Below, in pieces: positions 56,966-64,000 of a stretch of 64,000 bases of DNA. The stretch lies in assembly GCF_009914755.1 (NCBI RefSeq), contig NC_060934.1; one strand, given 5' to 3'. The notes under the pieces were generated by a model that was not told where the DNA came from, did not search any database, and was given only the letters and a program-made list of their open reading frames with translations. How positions within the stretch are numbered: position 1 is the first letter of the stretch; each line of letters starts with the position of its first letter. Origin of the DNA: the human T2T-CHM13v2.0 reference genome, Homo sapiens. Position numbers and translations under genes: made by a program.

Positions 56966-57659
56966 CACTGTCACGTGTGTGTCTATTCTTTTTCCCAACC
57001 AACAAAAATTATAATTCATTTTAATTTTATTATTTAAGAATATTCTTAAGAGTTGAAGGAAAAATAATATCTACATTATTGGTTACAATCTAAGTATAAA
57101 TAATACATAAATATATTAAAACTTACTAAGAATATGTTTTGGAATCGAATATACCATGCTTCTGTGATGACAGTTATTTCATGCTGGTTGTCACAATTTT
57201 ACATGAAAAACTAGTGAAAAAATGTTTTTAACTGTTTCTAAAAATAACAGTTTCCAAAAGAGTTTTACATTCGAAATATGAAAAAGATGTCTTTGTGTTC
57301 CTTAATCTGATGAGATTTTCACACTCTGCACATGATAATTGTTAGATTTTTATTGTGTTGATAAATTGTATATCAAATAAAAAATGTTATTACCTCTTAA
57401 ATTAGGATTTTTAGGTGATATAGGCAGAAAGGAAGGCAAGTTTTTATAACTTTGTCTAAATGAACTTTCTAAATGCCTGAGTATTAAAAGGCAGCATGTC
57501 TATAAATCAAACTGTATATATTACTGTATGACCTAGGACCAATCAAAACCATTACCTCTGATAACATTATATTGTGCCCAATATAAAATAGATATAATAA
57601 TACCTCAAACTTAAATCCAGGCATTGTCATTGAATATCTTAAGAATATGTAGCAAAGGT

Positions 57660-59070
57660 GCTTTTAAAAATACAAGCTAGTGATTGTACTAAATTTGTAA
57701 ATCACATAGGATAGTGGGTCATTTTAAGAATATTAGTTATTTCAATCTATAAACATGGATGTCTTTCCTTTTTTGTGTTTTCTTTAATTTCTTTCATTAA
57801 TATTTGTCATTTTTGTTGTAGAAATCTTTTACTTCCTTGCTTAAATTTATTTCTAAGTACATTTTTGTAGCTATTGTAAAAGGAATTGCTTTCTTAATTT
57901 CTTGTTTCAGCTAGTTTACTATCAATATATAGAAATGCTACTGATTTTTGTATGTTTATTTATATCCTGCAACTTTATTAATTTCATGTATCACCCTAAG
58001 AAGCTTTTGGTAGCATCTTATTTTTTTCCGTGTATAAGATCACATTGTCTTTAAACAGGGACAATTTGACTGTCTCCTTTCCAAATCAGATGTCCTTTAT
58101 TTCTTTCTCTCACCTAATTGTCCTGGCTAAGACTTTCACTATGTGAAATATGATTGATGAAAATAGGCATCCTTTTCTTGTTACAATAAAATCTTTTTCT
58201 TGTTCACAGTAAAATCTTTCACCTTTTCCACACTCAGTATGATCTTAGCTGTAGATTAGTCCTTTATGTCCTTTGTGTTAAGGCATATATTTTCTATACT
58301 AAATTGTTGAGAGGTTTTTTGTCATGTAAGGATATTTAATTTTGCCAAACGCTTTTATTGTGTTTATTAATTTAATCATATGATTTTCAGTATATATCCA
58401 AAGGAAACAAAATCAGTATATCAAAGAGTTACCTGCACCTGCATGTTTATTACAACACTATTCACAATAGCCAAGATATGGAATCAACAAAAGTGTCCAT
58501 CAACAGATGAATGGATAAAGAAATGTGACATACATATATAATGGAATATTATTTAGTCATAATAAAGAACAAAATCCTGTTATTTGTGGCAACAAGAATG
58601 CAAGTGGAGGGCATTATGTTAGGTGAAATAAGCCTGGCATAGAAACATAAACACCACATAACTACGTGTTCTCACTTATGTATAGAAGCTAAAATTTTTA
58701 AACTCGTAGAAGTAGATAGTAGAGTTTTGGTTACCATATCCTGGAAAGAGTAGGAGAAAGAAGAGTATAAGAAAAATGTGGTTAATACATACAAAATTAC
58801 AGCTGGAGAGAAGGAAGAAGTTCTAGTTCTCTACAGCACTGTTGGGTGACTGTAGTTAATGGGAATTTATTGTGTGTTTTCAAATAACTAAAATAAAAGA
58901 TTTTGAATATTCTCACTGCAAAGAAATAATACATGATTTAAGTAGTGGATATGATAATGACTGTGACTTGATCTTTATGCATTGCATAAATATATCAAAA
59001 TATCACTCTGTACCCCATAGCATGTACATTTATTATATGTCAATTAAAGTAAATTTAAAAGAGAAAAAAA
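57660..59070. mobile_element. Old L1MA-type element: inverted ORF2 piece (about 57660-58387, -) joined to a 3' end (about 58388-59070, +)
   Basis: GTAGCTATTGTAAAAGGAATTGC...AGAAATGCTACTGATTTTTGTATG (minus ORF2); TATTCACAATAGCCAAGATATGGAATCAAC...TATGTCAATTAAA plus A-tail (plus-strand 3' end). Confidence 0.75.
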
Positions 59071-59607
59071 TGAAGTAAAGGTAAATGTACAGAATTTAAT
59101 TATTTTTTCTTCTATAAAACCCAAGAGTCAGTACCAAGAAGAGTCAGTTTATTAGTTTTCTAAAATAAAAAAAAAATCAGTCACCAAAAAAGAGCAATAT
59201 CCAAGAAAACATTGAAAATGAAACACAACATTTAGTAAGAATAGAAAACTTGGGCACTGTATCACCCTGTTCCTAGATACCGATTTACTGATGGCCATTT
59301 AAATAGAATTTTATTCTATCTAATTCATTTATACTCCCAGAGTTTGAAATTACATTTTACCTACAATAAATGAGATAACACTTGTAAATTATATGATACT
59401 CTGCCTAACACACGTTAATAACTCAGTAGATGTTAGCAATAAACTTTTAGTATAGTAGTCAAAGTATTAATTTCTCACATTGCAATTTCCTTCAAAGACA
59501 TGAATACAACCTTTCTAATGACTCCTTGTTCATCAAGATACCTCTTCAAATTATTCTATTTGTTTCATTCAGTATATTATCTGTGTATACCGATATGATA
59601 TTACACT

Positions 59608-59929
<322 letters not shown>

Positions 59930-60270
59930 TGAATATCTTTTTGAAAGATTACACCTCTTATCTCTTTGTGCTTCAGAAATTATTTTCCTTCAAGTGTTCT
60001 AAGAGTCTAATGAAGAATGAAGTCATGTTTTATCACTTTTGTCCTTAAAGATTTCAGACATGCTGAAACTGATTGAAGTATCATTTGCTACCAGATAGAT
60101 TAATTATCTCTAGTTGTAGGAGTGGATACATCTTTAATGGTATATTTTGGGTTATTGTCTTATTTTTGATGCAGTATTCTATAAATAATTTATTAAACCT
60201 GGCATCCTTGGGTGAGCATGGATTTTTCAACTTTGGTGTTATATTTTATTTGCTTTTAAAACTGCTTTTG

Positions 60271-60570
60271 AGGCCGGGTATGGTGGCTCTTGCCCATACC
60301 CTGCACTTTGGGAGGCCAAGGTGGGCGGATTACCCCAGGTCAGGAGTTCAAGACCAGCCTAGTCAACATGGCAAAACCATGTCTCTACTAAAAACACAAA
60401 ATTAGCCAGGCATGGTGGTACATGCTTGTTGTCCTAACCACTCGGGAGGCTGAGGCAAGAGAATCACCTGAACCTGGGAGGCAAAAGTTGCTAGGTTGCT
60501 GTGAGCCAAGTTCACACCATTGCACTCCAGCCTGGGTGAAAAGAGCAAACCTCTGTCTCAAAAAAAGAAA
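60271..60570 (+). mobile_element. Alu (AluS-type)
   Basis: Full Alu with A-rich tail. Confidence 0.9.
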
Positions 60571-63444
60571 ACCCACCAAAAACTGCTTTTGAATGGAGTT
60601 GTACATACAATCTTTATGAAAAAAATTATCAAGTGCATAATAAGTTCATAATAGAAAAACCAATAATACTCCAGGCACAAGTTAGTACTAAAAAAGTTAT
60701 GTTGAATATTCTCTAATACAACATGCTTTTTCCCTTCATGAACAATTTGTGTTTTACTGAGAAGAGTCATTGTTTATGGTAGACATTAGACTACAGATGA
60801 ATATGTACTTTAAACACTCTTAGTTGCTTTCTTAATTTTATATCTGCTGCTTTATGCTTCTGTTTATTTTCATTCTTTCCAATGTCCACATTCTAGTAAA
60901 TTTGAATATTTTAATCCAAGTTTATATACTATTTAATATTGCTTGTATAGTTTAGTATTGTTAAGACTCAAAAAGGTTTACAGAAAGAAGAAAAAGATCA
61001 ACATGTTATTAATCATTTAAAGATCATTTTGAAATCTTTGACCTTTATATTTTAATGAATAAAATATTAGTAGTTATTAGTATAAAATAATTTATGTCTT
61101 TTGGACTTAGCATCCAGTATTTCTTTTTTAATAAAGAAAATAATTATTCTCTTGCAATATACTATGTTTATCTGGGTTTTGAAAAATGATGTTTCCTAAT
61201 ATGCGAAAGCCATTTACATTTTTAAATCTACAAAGGCAAATGGAATGGTACTAAATTATTTACATAATAATGTTTAGATGGTGGCCCTTATAACATTCTT
61301 TCTATACTTCCTACAGAGTTGGGGATATGCAATCCTAGAATATTTCTGGGAGCTAATCCTTTAGCTTGATGAATGAAACAAGACTTTTAAATAAAATTAA
61401 ACTTTCAAATTATCCAGGTAATGGGCCTGTCTTTTAATTCAATGGATATGGAGCATAATGAATTATCCCCTGTTCATTGGGTAATAAGTTCTCATTCTTA
61501 ACTTATAATACTCAAAATGTCCTTTAATTTTTAATTTTTGATAGTCATATCATTATCCCTAGGTATTTTAGCTTCTATCTTAAATTCTAAAATAATTTTG
61601 AAATAGGAGAAAGTATTCTTTATTACTATATGTATTAACCATCATGGTTTTCAAATTTAACTGCAAATGTATCTTTTCATTGCTTCTTGGTGACGCCCTT
61701 CACCCTATCCATATTGTCACTACCAAGTGGTGATTACTTTTCAGGTTCACATACTTATTCTTCAGAAAAATCTTCTCTGTGCCTTATAAAGAATATGATT
61801 GTTGGCAATCAAAAGCCAGCGAAGTATACATTATTAGCCTGTTGCCTAACTCATTTCTTTAAGAAACTACACTAATTACCCACATACTTATGTTTTTATT
61901 TCCTCATTATTTCTGGAGAAAACAAATGCTGCTAACATGATATTTGTAAGAGAGAAAAAAGTATTTTCTTGAAAAGTGCTGTCATTGTAGTACTAACTTA
62001 CAGTATCAACTTCTTTATCAACTCCTTATACACTTTTTATTCTGAGAGAAATAAAAAAGCTAAAAGTGAAATGACTTTTTTTACTCTCCATATTATAAGC
62101 ACCCATCTTGGTAATTTAGGGTCTTTATAGTTAGGGTACGTTTTGTCATACTGAGGTTACAAATTAAAAAGTATTTTGTCCCTTTGGGCCTTTCCTTATT
62201 CAGTAATACTGTCAGTTTGGCTTTTTTTGTAGGTCAACTTATTGAACTCAGTATTCTGAAATAATGTGTTTACTATCTTTTGATAAGCATTTAAAATATT
62301 AGATTTATTGTTACTCTTCTGCCTTCATTGGGCTGGAAGAATAATTGTTTCACTCCACAAAAGTCAAGTTGCAGAGAAAAACACATAGACATTCAACTGC
62401 AAAGCAGAGAAACTTGACTATTTTCTGCAATTTTAAAGTGTATATTGAATAAAACCATCTTTTTATTTTCTTTTTTGCTCACTGGCAAATAGTAACAATG
62501 TCAAGTATGTTATTATAATGTTATCAAGTTAAAAATCTCAAAAAGTTTTCATAATTACCATTTTAAAATATATAAATAGGTGACCTGATGTTAATTTTTA
62601 TTGTCTGAGACCATGTCTGTTATTTCAGTCTTTAAAGTCAGTTAGTAATGCAGAGCCTAGCACTTAGCAGATACTCAAAAATTATTTGCTGGATAAAAAA
62701 AGGTTAAACATGTAATATACACAAAATGTACTGGAAAAAATGCACCAAACGATTTTGTTATACCAGTTTAATGTAAATATTGCCTTTAAAAGATAATATA
62801 GTTTTCAGGTGTCTACAGTGATTTTGTAATATTTGTGCACATATAAAATAATATTTCCAAAAATGTAATCCAGTGGGGAAATATACTTTCTAAATTCTAG
62901 ATTTATAATTTAGGGTTTAAATTATAAAATCATTAAATAAGACACAAGTGAAATATAGTCAAATATCCCCTTGGAAAAAAATTAAGTGGCCTCTAAAGTG
63001 AGGTATTCATATATGTAATTTTACAACCCTCTAGTGATAGAATTAATTAAATATGCCACCAAATTGATTAATTCCAACAGTGTTAAAAGAGAAGCCCTAA
63101 CAATGCCAGTGACCATGTAACATGGATTTAAGCTACAAGTCATAGAAATGTGATGAGAAGCCTCAGCGCTGTAAAACAGAGGGTGGAGGAAAGCTTTTCC
63201 TCTCTCAAATGAGCTTTGCGAGGTATATTTCTTGAAGGATAGAAAGTTGAAGTGTTTAGGACTTTTATGTCTATTCTACTTTGGCTTAGTTTACATGATT
63301 CTTAGTTTATTAGCCTAGAAATGGCCAAGAAAACTTAAGGCTCAATAATTAGTTATAAATATGAAATATCCCCAATTTTTAAGATAAAAACAACTTATAA
63401 ATGTATTTGTCTGTAAAAATTGTGTATATTTTTACAGAACATCT

Positions 63445-64000
63445 ATTTCTTTCTTTTTTTATTTTTTTTATACTTTAAATTCTGGGGTACACATGCACAA
63501 TGTGCAGGTTTGTTGCATATGTATACATGTGCCATGTTGGTGTGCTGCACCCATTAACTCATCATTTATATTAGGCATATCTCCTAATGATATCCCTCCC
63601 CCCTCCCCCCACCCCACAACAGGCCCTGGTGTGTGATGTTCTCCTTCCTGTGTCCAAGTGTTCTCATTGTTCAATTCCCACCTATGAGTGAGAACATGTG
63701 GTGTTTGGTTTTTTTGTCCTTGCAATAGTTTGCTGAGAATGATGGTTTCCAGCTTCATCCATGTCCCTACAAAGGACATGAACTCATCATTTTTTATGGA
63801 TGCATAGTATTCCATGGTGTATATGAGCCACATTTTCTTAATCCAGTCTATCATTTTTGGACATTTGGGTTGGTTCCAAGTCGTTGCTATTGTGAATAGT
63901 GCCACAATAAACATACATGTGCATGTGTCTTTATAGCAGCATGATTTATAATCCTTTGGGTATATAACCAGTAGTGGGATGGCTGGGTCAAATGGTATTT
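63445..64000 (-). mobile_element. L1PA 3' end, continuing beyond the window
   Basis: T-tail, 3' UTR with C-tract, ORF2 C-terminus ([29 protein letters not shown]). Confidence 0.95.

Noticed and set aside
54438-57019. Long minus-strand ORFs (up to 491 aa) rich in I/S/F/H
   Set aside because: Artefact of the C-free satellite: its reverse strand has almost no G and few stops; several frames are open at once.

Overview
Human (or great-ape) genomic DNA with no intact protein-coding gene and no prokaryote-type system (no CRISPR, rRNA or tRNA seen). It reads as a pericentromeric segmental-duplication mosaic in four blocks. (1) About 1-23 kb is AT- and L1-rich. An old L1M element carries several nested insertions: a THE1 solo LTR, a probable L1 3' transduction, an ACTR3B processed pseudogene, a full MST provirus and a rearranged L1PA. 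(2) About 23-45 kb is Alu-rich and derived from the CHEK2/TTC28 locus. It holds unprocessed copies of the last three CHEK2 exons, a young L1PA insertion, and a copy of the TTC28 CpG-island promoter and exon 1 with a premature stop. (3) About 46-57 kb is junction repeats: a REP522-like GC-rich segment, a ~6 kb CCCTG/CAGGG array with an internal inverted block, and a ~2.5 kb GAAAT/GAGAT/GAT array. (4) About 57-64 kb is AT-rich sequence with L1 and Alu. From memory, neighbouring ACTR3B and CHEK2 pseudogenes occur in several pericentromeric paralogues (2p11, 10p11, 16p11, 22q11, Yq11); the exact copy cannot be assigned without alignment. Best leads: the duplicated TTC28 promoter/exon 1, a fossil alternatively spliced ACTR3B isoform, the L1 3' transduction, a tailless inverted L1 insertion with target deletion, and CHEK2 pseudo-exons carrying bases equal to known clinical variants. 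Gene and repeat identifications are by recall, not database search, and repeat boundaries are approximate.
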